DNA of 64,000 nucleotides from Azolla caroliniana. Its lineage: Eukaryota; Plantae; Polypodiophyta. The DNA is taken from positions 15,190,001 through 15,254,000 of the forward strand of contig JBHGNT010000017.1 in assembly GCA_043228905.1 (NCBI GenBank), in the 5' to 3' direction. A model generated the notes under the pieces. The model was not told the origin of the DNA. It searched no databases and saw nothing but the letters and a program-made list of their open reading frames with translations. A program made the translations under genes and the position numbers. Numbering within the stretch: the first letter of the stretch is position 1; the number at the start of each line of letters is the position of its first letter. Shown piece by piece: positions 39,158 to 51,033 of the stretch.

Positions 39158-41274
39158 TCTCGACTTTCGCCCCCGAGGGTCTCACGGTTCCGCTCATGGT
39201 TCGGTCTCACCGTCAGGAACTGGACCGAGTGACGCCCATCCTGGCTCTTGACCCTTGCATAGGCCGAGCCGTTGTCCAGCACCTTGGTCTCCATCCGTGC
39301 TGCCGTGATGTACGGTTCTCCTAGTATAACCGGATGTGAGGACGTCTCCTGCACGAAGAAGTGCTGGTCAATCTCGACATCGCCGATCTTTACTCGTACA
39401 TTCGGGCAGGCTCCATGTAGCTCTTCGGCGGCACGCGTCGCTGCACGTATTTTCCACCCGTGCTTGGTGTTGATCGGTCATTTTCCCTTCTTATAGAAGT
39501 CCATGGACATCAAATTGATTTCTGAACCATGGTCCACCAACGCCACCACTGGTTCATGAACATCTCCGATCTTCACGGGGGTCTTCGTGGTTGCTCTGGC
39601 CCAGTGCGGCCTCGAATAGTGGCTCTCCGCCAACTCGTCTTCCAGCGCCATGTCCTCTATGTGCGTCGTTCGCACCTCCACCGGCTTCTCCGGTTCTGTC
39701 TCTGTCGACAGCCTCTTCCTCTTCACCAAGTCTACGATGGAGTCGTGGAACTCCTTCTTAGGGATCCCGAGCACTTCCCTCAGTGATAGCTCCACCTTGC
39801 CGTCGAGGATTCGTTCTTCCAAGACCTTTCGCAAGTCCGTGGATCTTTCAATTTCTGTGCCCAGTCCGTACCCACCCCTCTTGGGATTATCCTGGGCGCC
39901 GGTCGCATCGACCTCATTCCGCCTTTGCCCGGACCAAGTTTCATATCGTTGCGAGGGCTCGGCCCCTCTGGTTTTCCCTACCCGCTTGTCCTCCACAAGA
40001 GCCTCGTAATTTTGACAAGCAGCTTCGATGAAACCCGTCTTTTCTTCCACCGGGTCACTCCACCCGGTTACCTCCCGGACCCGTTTTTCTGCACGGTCCA
40101 CCTCTTCTTTCCTTAGCCGTGCGCCGGCGAGGCCTTCCAGCATCGTCGGCTAGAACCCGGCTTTGTTCGTCTTCAGGGCCTCGCCACCTTCGACCCAAAT
40201 ACCAGCTGATGCCGAGTAGTGGACGGTCTCCGCGTGACGAGCCTCCGCCTCCTCCATCAGCCTTTTCATACCCTCTCGCCCGACGTTCAGCTTCAGGGCC
40301 CTTCAGGTCTCGCTAGCGTGCACCCGACCGTTCCACAGGTACACCACGTTGCTTCTCATCGCCTCGGCGAAGTCCCCGCAGTCCTTCCGGATGTGCCCAA
40401 TCGCGTCACACCACATGCACCTGTTTTCAGCCAGAGGTCGTCGGTCACGGGCCTGTTCGCCACCATCCCTACGTGCCTGGGCGATCTGGAGATCCTTTAC
40501 CATCCGCGTCAGCTCCTCTAGAGCTGCTTCCCCGGACAAGCCCTTGACCATGCCGGTTGAAGCCTACCCGGTCTCGAGCCAATCTCGGGTCTCTTCCCTT
40601 TGCGCTGGTGGTGTTGGCTCGAGCTTCCTTGCTGCGACAGAGCCCGCCCCTGTCGATCCTTTGCCAACCCATTCCTGCCGTTTATCAAAATGGCCACAGA
40701 CCCTTTTCACCATGGCCCAGTTGGCCATCAGCCCGTCATCAGTCTCCAATAGGAGGCCTACCTGCTCCCGATCCCGCTCGTCAATCGACTTAACAAACAA
40801 TAAGACACGGCTTGTGTCCAGAACAGTCCGGTCAAGCACCGAGAGGCGCGCGAAGCGTTCCTCAAACTCTCGAAGGAGCACTGACGCGTTCCTTCCTTTG
40901 TCGGGGGTCTCCACCCACTCCATGAAGTCCCGCTTCGAAAGTCGAAGCGCATCTTCAAGCCCGTATTTTTCGAGGAGTCGACCTTCGAACTCCTCCCAGG
41001 TCCAGCTCTTGGCCTGTACCTCGAGTACCTCGGTATGGATACCCGGCATCGCCACTCGAGGGAATCCGGCTAGACGCCTCTCTTCCGGAATGTCCCTCAT
41101 TACCATCTCAGCCCGGTAGGACGCCAAGTAGCTCGTGGCATCCTTCCCACTAAACCGGCCGATCGTACCGACAACTGCCTCGATAGCCCTATCAAGGGCG
41201 CCGGTGCCTTCGCGCGCAATCACTATACGGTCCACAGCCGAAGCCATGGCCTCTGCAAGGTCCGATCCCCTCAT
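39148..41274 (-). pseudogene. Gag-protease of L (one frame, nonsense stops only)
   Basis: ORFs starting at 41274, 40551, 40143 and 39354 are in frame. CMWCDAIGHIRKDC knuckle, ALVDHGSEINLM, ILGEPY. Confidence 0.9.
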
Positions 41275-41295
41275 CTTCTACTCCTCTGCCGCCTG

Positions 41296-41313
41296 TTCAC
41301 GTCGGGTTCACCA
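41296..41313 (-). promoter_or_regulatory. PBS of L complementary to tRNA-Trp
   Basis: Plus strand TTCACGTCGGGTTCACCA equals the recalled 3' 18 nt of plant tRNA-Trp(CCA); 4 nt from the LTR. Confidence 0.8.
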
Positions 41314-41317
41314 AAGA

Positions 41318-41989
41318 TGTCGCGTCGTTACGCGCGTGCGTGGAGAACAAGGCGGGACCATAGGGGTCTTGGACCGAGGAATAGGTGAGAAAAGGGAGAG
41401 GGAGAGAGAGAGAGACGCTCGCACACGTATAGACAAAGAAGAGCACGGGGACGCGGCCCAACAACACAGGAGACACGAGTTGGGAACACTATCGTATGTA
41501 TATAAATGTATGCAAACGACTCGAACAGTTACAGCCGATCAGGTCGGCAAGATGGATGTCGTCGCCTGATCACCCACACACACAGGAGAGCAGGATGGAG
41601 ATTCTGCCGGAAGCACACGAGCGTTCCACGGAGCAGAATCAGCCTCCTGAGAACCTGCACAAAAGAAAGCTACGGAGAATGACAGAGAAGAAGAGCTCGG
41701 TCCCAGTCCGACAGCACTTCGTTCCTTCTAGCGCGTGATATCTTTTCTCCCCCCGCCTCCCTCTCTTTTATAGCTCAAGGAGGGAGGCCGTTTCACCCGT
41801 TTACATCACATTAATTCTCTGTCCTTTCGGACAGAGATACTCCTCGATTTCCCTTATAGAATATTGCTACCTAGGATTTAACCTTTGTGCCTACCTATCT
41901 ACTATACGACAAGGGACGTGGCCACGTGTAAGGGTCGGTTCACACGCACTATACACGGTTTGCGCCTGGGGACGGTTTTCTTCACGACA
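41318..41989 (-). repeat. 5' LTR of L
   Basis: TGTCGCG...CACGACA termini, 672 bp. Confidence 0.92.
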
Positions 41990-42278
41990 ACGTAACAATG
42001 GAGGCAGAGCCGCAACCGACTGCAAGCACGACAACGGTGGAGCCCAATCCACTAGCTCAAGAAGAGCCCACCGTACCCGGACCGCCCACACACGACGACT
42101 GCGACTCCGGGAGAAACCAACCCGACCTAACATGAGAGCCACACCACGATGCACCTATGGGCCCTACGTCACCTCCGGATGCGGACACCGTTGCAGAGCC
42201 AAACATCCGGGCCATTTTGGAAGAGGATTAACGGGATTGGTCCGATGTGCTAGGGCACTGTCCCACAGGCGTGCCAGG

Positions 42279-42717
42279 TGTTGTCCGCCGGAATAGTAAT
42301 CGACGGACAAGAGCGTAGGAATAAGAAATAATATAAGATCATAACGCATGTAATGGTTCACGCAGGAAGCGTGAACGGCTAAATAGACCCTGCGTATATA
42401 AAGGGCAGAAAACCTCTGATAGAGGAAGCGTGTAATTTTGGGAATGTAAGAAACGTCTCATAATAGAATTCTAGCTTCTCTGATTCTCTGTGTATAGCTA
42501 CGGCTAATCCACTGTGTGTGTCTTGAAGACCTAAGCGTGTAAGAATGTAAGTGTAACATTTGCTAAGGATTTGGTTGTAGCCGTCTCCCTTATCTGTTGA
42601 TAGGTTATAGGGAACATTCCCCTACGCATTACGCTTAGACGCCTATTCGTTGTTCCACACCCACTTGGAGGTCTAGGTCGAAGGACTGACCGTGGATTGT
42701 GTTCCTAATCGGCAACA
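42279..42717 (+). repeat. 3' LTR of K
   Basis: TGTTG...CAACA termini, TATATAAA near 42395; followed directly by J gag. Confidence 0.8.
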
Positions 42718-43209
42718 ATATTCGATGCTTTATCGACAAGAGCTTGTACAACAACTTCAATGAAGAGAGTAAGGCTCATGAATGCCATAAATCGAGTCTC
42801 AGTCTTCCGGAAGTTAGTGAGACTCAAATATCAAGACGACTCTAGTATGGCGGAGCACATGAATGCCTTCCAGGGGTTGATAAACCAAACAACCTCGTTG
42901 GAACTACCTCTAGCCGAAGAGGTACTAGTGTTGTTGTTGCTCGGTTCACTCCCGGATAGTTGGGAGACACTTGTTGTCACTTTGGGCAAAGCCAAGCCGG
43001 AAGGGAAACACCTATCCCTAGCAAGACTGAAGTCGAGCTTGCTGGATGAAGACACTTGCTGAAGGACTGGGAGTCTGAAACCGATCCGAAGGCCTTGGTT
43101 ATGGAAGACAACCATAACCGGGGAAGAGGCCCGAATCAGAGTCCTAGAAGCACGACAAATCGGGGACAAGGTCGAAGTCAAGGGGGAGGCCCACTTGCTT
43201 TTATTGCGG

Positions 43210-44158
43210 TGTCGTGAAAATACGACGAGGACACGTGAACTTGAGGCAGGACCCTGGGGCCTCCGACCAGAGTATATCAAATTTGTGCGTTTTTGTATTA
43301 AGAATTAATCGATATGACAAAGTTTGATAAAATTTATTAGTAAAGAAAGAGAAAAATTACAATATGTTCCAAGATTGGGATTCAGAAGTTTAGGTTTACT
43401 AAGATTAATAGAAAAGAAAAATTAGGGTTTTTGAGTCTTATGGCTTTCGTAGGTAAAATTAGGGTTCTTGAGTGTTATGGCTTCGATAAGATAAGAGAAC
43501 CGAGAAGGAAAAGAAAAAGAAAAATAGGGAGAGAATCCGTGTAGGAAAAAAAAATGGAATATATATGGAGTTCTCCGTTGATCATAGCCTTCAATGTTAC
43601 TTTGCATGCCCACTTTTAGTTGCATGGCCTCTACTTTTAGTTGCATCCATTTTTAGTTGCATGCCTTTTTTTTTTAGTTGCATGTGACCGTCCACATGGC
43701 CTTTAATTTAGTTTTCTTTACTTTACTTTAAATTGCCGCATGATCTAATAATCCGTAAAGTTTAGCCCATGCTTTGATCCGTCCGGTCCGCGTCCGTCCA
43801 GTCCGGTTCCGGTTCTGTCACTATCTAATTCTGGTTCGATCGTCGGCTCCGTCCGGTTCCCAATTGCCGAGGGATCTTAACACATAGATGAAAAATGAGG
43901 GATCTCAATGTGCTTATATAGCTGGAGCCTAAAGTTTCCTATCTATGTGGGATACTTCAAAATTCTATTTTCCTTAGCTTCTCAAACTTCATGTCCACAT
44001 AACTTGATATGTAGTTGTCCATTTTATATGTAGTAGAATGCGTTTTGAAGCTCTAGAGTACATCCATCTTTCAATAACAAGCCATTAATCTAATCTAAAA
44101 TAATTATTTCATTATTTTTTACATAGTTTTCATATCGTGTGTGAAAAACCACACGACA
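43210..44158 (-). mobile_element. Solo LTR, family F, in the zinc knuckle of J
   Basis: TGTCGTG...CACGACA, 4-bp TSD GCGG/ACGG. Removal restores the CFYCGK...H...C knuckle. Confidence 0.85.
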
Positions 44159-44266
44159 ACGGAAAGCTGTGTCACTTCTAGAAGAATTGTCGACACTTCT
44201 GGAAAGCCAAAGGGGGAGCCGGCGGTGGGGAATCGAAGAAGATTTTGGAGAGAAGAGGAACAAAGG

Positions 44267-45554
44267 TGTTGTGCCTTTCGGCTCTGGATCGTTGCGTGAG
44301 TCGGGTGGGAACCGCTGAGGTTTTGGACTAGGAAGAGGAGAGTTTTAAGGCTAATAAGAATATAAATAGATTTTAAGAAAGAGATATAGAAACCTCGTGA
44401 ATCCCATGAATTTGTTGTATTAGATTGCTCAATATTAAGAGAAGAATATGAATTTGGAAAAGAAAGAAGAATATAGAAATCTCGTGAATCCCACGAGTAT
44501 AGTTTATTTCATGAATACCACGAATATATTAATTGCTGTCTTTTAGAAATATATCCAATTCCTAAATATTTCACACACCCCTATTACTGTCATGATATGG
44601 CAAGACTCGAACCCATGACCTTATGCTACATGGGTCGAGCTCTTGACTATTAAACCATACATTGTAATGCGTAAAATATTATTTTCATTTTTGTTTTATT
44701 ATAGAAAATGGATGTATATTTTAGATTTCTCTGGAACATTCTAGAAACTTCACGAGTACTCCTGAGAACACTATAAAAGGAGGCACAAGGCATTATTTCA
44801 AACCAAATTGGTTCAACGCTAGTCTTAAGCCTCCTAGCTACTATTGTATACTCTCTTCACATAATATATATCTTTTATCATCATTCTCTCACCCTTTCTC
44901 TCTCTCTATCTCTCTCTCTTGCTCACTCTTTCCTTCTCTCGAGAGTTCTACACCTCTCTTAGTACTAATCCTTATCTTTTAGTACTAATTCCTTCTCTGT
45001 CTTAGTACTGATCCTGACAATTACATTGTGCTCCTCATCCTTATATAGTGATGAGAGACTCTTAACAATCCATGTTTTTTCTATAGATAGACTCTATGCT
45101 TTCTCTAACATGCTTTTTCTAAAGTGATCCTACTTTTTCTAACTTGATGCGTTTTTATTGACTATGGTGTTCATGCACACTAGACGTGAATGTGTAGCTT
45201 TTTCTTTTATCATGCGTTTTCTTCTAACTAAAGTTTATCCTAGTGTGCACTTACCTTTCTATGTGGGACGTCTACTTTTTGAATACTAATGATATGTTAG
45301 TGTAATGGTAAGACTTTACATTATTAACATGGAGGTACATGGTTCGAATCTTGCCTTATGCATGTAACAATCTTTTCTTTTATTTACAAATTTGTCTCTT
45401 CATCCGGTGAGAGACTCTCACCGGCCTTCTTCATCCGGCTCTTGCCGGTTCTGTTTGATCCAGTTCTTACCGGTTCTCCTTACCGGATCCTCCTTACCCA
45501 TCCGGAGGGATCAAAAATGCAATTTTCTCATAGTGTGCGATTTACACTACGACA
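44267..45554 (+). mobile_element. Solo LTR, family G
   Basis: TGTTGTG...CTACGACA, CTATAAAAGG TATA at 44771, degenerate 4-bp TSD AAGG/ACGA; host J continues across it. Confidence 0.8.
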
Positions 45555-46597
45555 ACGACAATCACAACTGAGGAAGAACTATTGCTCATTACCGAGGAGA
45601 GTGAGCTACATCTTGTTAGCAACGAGATGACATGGGTGGTCGACTCCAGAGCGTCGTTCCATCTGACCCCTAACTGGAAGTGCTTTGCATCTTATAGAAC
45701 TAGAGATCACAACTATGTCCAGATGGGAAATGAAGGTGCATGCCGAATTGTCGGCATAGGAGATGTGTGGTTGACAACGTCAACCGGGTGCAGATTTTTG
45801 TTGGAAGATGTAAGACACGTTTCGGAGGTTTGGATTAACTTGATATCAGCTAGTCGGCTAGATGATGAAGGCTACACGCGTAGCATTCGGAACGGAGTCA
45901 TGAAGTTTTGCAAACGAAGCCTGATCGTAGCTCAAGCTTAGAAGATCAACAGTGTACCTAATGCATGCTCGGATATGCCGGGAAGAACTGAACGTGGCAT
46001 TTGACAATGTCCGTGAACTGTGACACAAAAGGTTGTGCCACATGTGCCAGAAAGGGATGCGTAAACTTGCCAAAGATAACCTCATTCTGGAGGTGAAAGA
46101 CATGCAACTTGAGAAGTGCACTGACTGTTTGGCCAACAAGCAGAAGGAACCTCCTTCTGAACCCGACCACAATCGAGACAGAATGCACCGTTGGAACTTG
46201 TGCATACCAATGTATTCCAAGTGGACACGAAGTCACAGTACTTTGTGATGTTCATAGTCAACCACAATTGGAAGCTGTGGGCCTCTCCGCTGAAGACGAA
46301 GGACCAAGTACTATCCGTCTTCAAGGAATTCCACGCAAGGGTGGAAAGGGAAACCGGCCGAAAGCTGAAGACGATTTGAGTAGACAACGGAGGTGAATAT
46401 TGGGGTCAGTTTGAGGAGTACTGCCAGTAGAAGGGAATCTGACTTGAATTCACCATTCCGAAGACGCCGAAGTTGAACAGATTGGCCGAGAGGATGAACT
46501 GGACTGTGATGGAGAAAAACTGGAGCATGCTGGCATATGCTAGGTTGTCCAAGAAGTTTTGGGTTGAGGCGCTGATGACGACGATCTATGTGGTGAA

Positions 46598-49500
46598 TGT
46601 TGGCATGAAAGGCCGACTCCTTCCAAGTTGTGTGAACTCGTTAATAAGTTAGGGCTTAGTATATATAAGTGAATACCTAACATTGTAACGAGGACGATGA
46701 CGAGCAGACGATTGTAATCTTTGAGAGAGAGAAACGTGTTGTGCAAAAATAAGAAGCTTTCCATTAAAGCTTGCAATTGTGTAAGTCTATATCTGCCTTC
46801 TCTATCTTCTGTGTGTATGTTGTTTGCTGTTCATAGCCATAAGATCTAAACATACACTTCTGCATAACTATCGACATTCACCAACAACTGGTATCAGAGC
46901 AGTGTTCTGCTGTGTGGCGGCAACAGATAACAGAAGAAGAACCTGAAAGAAAAGACCAAGTCAGAAACATGAAATCCACAGAAAGAATATGGCTTCAACA
47001 TCCGGAACAGGAGTCGAAATTAGAAAGTTCGACGAAAAAACTTTGCCCTGTGGAAAGAGATGATGCCGGATTTGCTGATTATCCGAAGATAGGTCGAAGC
47101 CATTCGGCATAATGAAAATCCTGCTTCGATGACATCAGAAGAGTGGAGATCAATGGACGAAATAACGCGCTCCACCATCTGGTAGCCTGAGAACCGGAAA
47201 TTGATATGGAGCAGCGACGTAGTCTTCTATGAAGACTCTATCTTCTCTCAACGGAACTAGCAAAAAGCAGTGGGGAAGAAGGTATCCTTCGAAGATGACA
47301 ATGTCATCGTAGAAAGATTGGCCCATCGGGCCAATCTGAGAGTCAACAGACAGTTGAACTCCAACCAGCTGACAACGTCCTAGCCGACACCGAATCGGCA
47401 ATAAGTCCCAACATCGAACTCAAAGACAAAGTCATCAAAGATCGAGCCGAACCGACAAAGGTTGATCAAGGCAGAGTCAACAAGGGACAAGTCTGAAAAG
47501 AGTCGACAACAACTATAGGGGAGAACAACCAGACACCGCCGAAATCCCAAACCGAGGGCGAAATACCGAACAAGACTTCTGACTCAACTGGTTCAACAAA
47601 TGCCGATCGTAAAAAAGAACCAATCGAAGAATCCGAACCAGATATTACGGCACCCAGGAGATCTGGACGAGCTTGAAGGAAAACAGAGTTTTATCAACCG
47701 GGCCTTGACTACGTCAACTACACGTATGACGAAGCTATGGCCGCACCAGATGCTGAAACATGGCTACAAGCCATGATATCCGAAATGGACTCGATTCATC
47801 AGAATCAGACATGGGAGCTGGTCGAACTACCTCAGGAAGAAAGCCGCTACCTTGCAAATGGGTGTTCCGATACAAGTATGTATCCGACTTAGAGAAACCC
47901 AAGTACAAAGCTCGGCTTGTCGTGAAAGGATTCAAACAGGAATACGGGGTCGACTATGACGAGATATTCTCACCAGTAGTCAAGATGACCACCCTCCGAC
48001 TCCTACTAGGAGTCGTGGTGACAGAAGATCTAGAGCTCGAGCAGATGGACATAAAAATGGCATTCCTACACGGAGATCTGGAAGAAGACATATACATGTC
48101 TCAACCGGCAAGCTTCACGACGACGAGGGAGGACAATCATCTCGTATGTAGACTGAAGAAAAGTCTATATGGCCTCAAACAAGCGCCAAGAATGTGGTAC
48201 CAGAAGTTCGACTCCCACATAAGGCAGCTTGGATACAATAGATCAAACTTCAACCCATGCATGTATGTTTGGCAATTGGCCGACGAGTCCAAGATCTATC
48301 TGATCCTTTATGTCAACGACATGCTGATTGCAGGGAGCAATCAAGAAGAGATCAGAAAGCTCAAGCGGAGCCTTCACACAAAATTCGTGATGAAGGAACT
48401 CGAACAAGCCTGACACATACTGGGCATGAGGATAGAGCGAAATCGGACGCCTAGGACTCTTCGACTCTCCCAATCTGACTAGATCCGCAAGGTGCTGAAG
48501 CGCTTCAACATGGAGATTGCGAAGCCATCACTGACATCGCTTCCGACGTCGATCAGACTATCGGATAGAGACTCTCTTGAAACGGACAAGGAGAGAGAGC
48601 TTAATGGAAAGATACCCTACGCATTGGCAGTAGGAAGTATCATGTACGCAATGGTGGTGACCCAACCCGACCTAGCCTATGCCGTAGGGGTGGTCAGCCG
48701 GTACATGTCAAACCTAGGAAAAAGAAGCATTGGGAGGCCGTTAAGCACATCCTTAGGCATCTGAAAGGAACTACGGATGCACAACTAACATTCGGTTCGA
48801 CAACATCAACCGAAGTCGAAGGCTACACCGATTCTGACTATGCCGGAAACATGGATAATTGGAAATCGACATTAGGCTACATATTCACCTATAGTGGTGG
48901 TGCGATATCATGGAGGTCGAAACTACAAGAGTGCATGACTCTATCTACCACAAAAGCCGAGTACATAGCAACATCGGAAACAGTGAAGGAAGTGATCTAG
49001 TTGCACTGACTGTCTACCAATTTCGGAATTGCAAACCGAATAGACCGACCAACGCCGACCATCTATTGTGACTCACAGAGTGCAATACCCCTCATCAACA
49101 GTCCCGTCTACCATGCGAAGACGAAGCACATTGAGGTGCGGTATCATCATATCTGGGAGCTCGTGACCGAGAAGAAACTCGAAGTCCGGAAGATCAACAC
49201 CGAGGTGAACATCGTCGATTGCTTGACGAAGCCATTCCCAGATCAACGCTAAGGACGAAGATGGGGCTACGACAAGCGACCGAGTAGAAGAAAGCCGAAC
49301 GAGGAGTAGAAGGTAAGAGCTGACCGACACTCATTCTATACCTCTTCCGACTCGGCTACTTGCCGACAGACTTGTAACATAAGATCTAGTTAAATTTGTA
49401 ATCTAGTTTTACGGGGGAGATAACCCCAAGCACTTGTAAATGCAAGAAAGAGTAGTCCTTTTACGGGGGAGTTTGTTGGCATAAAAGGCCGACTCCTTCC

Positions 49501-49774
49501 AAGTTGTATCTGTCCGAGTGTGAACTCGTTAATAAGTTAGGGCTTAGTATATATAAGCGAATACCTAACATTGTAACGAGGACGATGACGAGCAGACGAT
49601 TGTAATCTCTGAGAGAGAGAAACGTGTTGTGCAGAAATAAGAAGCTTTCCATTAAAGCTTGCAACTATGTAAGTCTATATTTGCCTTCTCTATCTTCTGT
49701 GTGTATGTTGTTTGTTGTTCGTAGCCATAAGATCTGAACACACACTTCCGCATAACTCTTGATATTCACCAACA
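46598..49774 (+). mobile_element. Copia element M, internally deleted, inserted in the integrase of J
   Basis: LTRs 46598-46886 and 49474-49774, perfect TSD GTGAA, PBS TGGTATCAGAGC 46889-46900, PPT ~49465-49471. Confidence 0.93.
46989..49290 (+). pseudogene. Gag start fused to the IN tail, RT and RNase H of M
   Basis: KLESST/EKFD-type gag start, jump near 47180, CKWVFRYK, LYVNDML, TKHIEVRYH. Confidence 0.88.
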
Positions 49775-49779
49775 GTGAA

Positions 49780-50512
49780 TAGATCACCCTCAGCACCCTT
49801 GGACAGAGACACACCACAGAATATGGACCGGTAAAGATGTGTCTTACCGGCATCTGAAGGTATTCGGCTATCTCTTCTACGTGCATGTTGCAAAGGACAA
49901 GAGAGTGAAATCGGATCCGAAGTCTTGACCATGGATATTTCTTGGATATGGCGATGATGAGTTCGGCTACTGGGTGCGGGACTTGGTCGACAAGAAGGTT
50001 TTAACAGAGTCGAGACATAGTCTTCATGGAAGACAAGACCATTGTTGAATGGCAGTCGGAGAAGAAGATAGTGGAATCCTAGTCAACCGACAGAAGTTGG
50101 TTGGAAGATGCCAGTACACATCCGGTTGGAAGCCGGATGTCAACTGAAGACCAGGATACCAACTAGTTCTGGATAAGGAACCGGACCAACTGAAGAAGAA
50201 GAAGAATCGGACATTGGGACTGGACAAGACCCCGAATCAGATTTGGATGAAGAACAAATGGAGGAACCAGTGGTCGAAAACCAAGGACGGAGATACCCTT
50301 TAAGAGAGAGAAGGGTCCTCCGAAGATTTTTGGATGCAAATCATGTCTTATTGACCGATGAGGGGGGAGCCAGAAAACTTCGGAAAAGCAAAGAAAGACA
50401 CCCACAGGCGCAAGTGGTTAAGTGCCGTGCATGATGAGATGGATTCCTTGCATGAGAACCACACATACGAATTGACAGAGCTTTGAAAGGGAAGAGAGCA
50501 CTCTAGAACAAG
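49780..50512 (+). pseudogene. Integrase tail of J; RT/RH deleted
   Basis: Collinear with P 55135-55870, then joins the 3' LTR at CGGATG. Confidence 0.8.
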
Positions 50513-51028
50513 CGGATGAGAACCAGACGAGATGGATCAAACGAGACGAAGGAAGGAACTAGACCAGATGGACCCAGAAGATATCCGGATACCGGATCGG
50601 ATGGATCCGAAAGGAGTCTGGCCAGATCCGGTATGAACCAACAAATAGGAACATATTAGTAAATATGTTAAGACGTGACCGTTGATGTCATATTTGTAGA
50701 TAGCCCTAAAGTTATATAAGTATAAATATAACTAGGGCAAAAGTGTTCATTAGGAGGGTTGTTATCATTATTGTTGTATAAAGAGAGAGAGACATAGAAA
50801 GCTCTCTGTTGTAACCAACGATTGGCAAAGATATAGAACTCAAGGTCATTGCCTCCAAGTCTCCTGTTGTATTCTTTCTCTCATAGTTATAGTTGGAGTC
50901 TGTGGGCTCCCGTGGTTTTTCCCAATCAGGGTTTTCCATGTTAACATCTTGTGTCATCTTATTTCTATCCTCTGTTTTCTTCCATTGAGTGATTGAGACT
51001 CGGTTGTGGCTAAGCACTATTTCGGATA
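50513..51028 (+). repeat. 3' LTR of J (first ~20 bp lost)
   Basis: 50513-50815 matches 32480-32798. Confidence 0.85.
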
Positions 51029-51033
51029 GGAGT

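Larger units (their letters stand above)
35047..41989 (-). mobile_element. Gypsy element L, near full length
   Basis: 5' LTR 41318-41989, truncated 3' LTR 35047-35586, PBS 41296-41313, PPT complement 35587-35598, gag-PR then RT-RH-IN. Confidence 0.95.
34158..42717 (+). mobile_element. 3' remnant of Gypsy element K (relative of D), split by L
   Basis: Integrase 34158-34925 (FLYEHIWCRFGCPIELISDQG, WTGPY), 3' region 41990-42278, LTR 42279-42717. Confidence 0.8.
42718..46597 (+). pseudogene. gag-PR-IN fragments of J (split by F and G LTRs)
   Basis: LLGSLPDSWETLV, WVVDSRASFH, ERETGRKLK; collinear with P. Confidence 0.85.
32460..51028 (+). mobile_element. Copia element J (related to P), heavily nested and deleted
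   Basis: 5' LTR part 32460-32798, 3' LTR ~50513-51028, TSD GTAGT/GGAGT. Internal pieces 42718-43209, 44163-44266, 45559-46597, 49780-50512. Confidence 0.82.

Noticed and set aside
38256-41119. Long plus-strand ORFs (331 and 256 aa)
   Set aside because: Antisense shadows of the L reading frames; the same applies to 14618-15292 and 63129-63920.
45290-45362. Functional tRNA gene
   Set aside because: A and B boxes are present but the acceptor and anticodon stems do not pair; reported only as tRNA-like.
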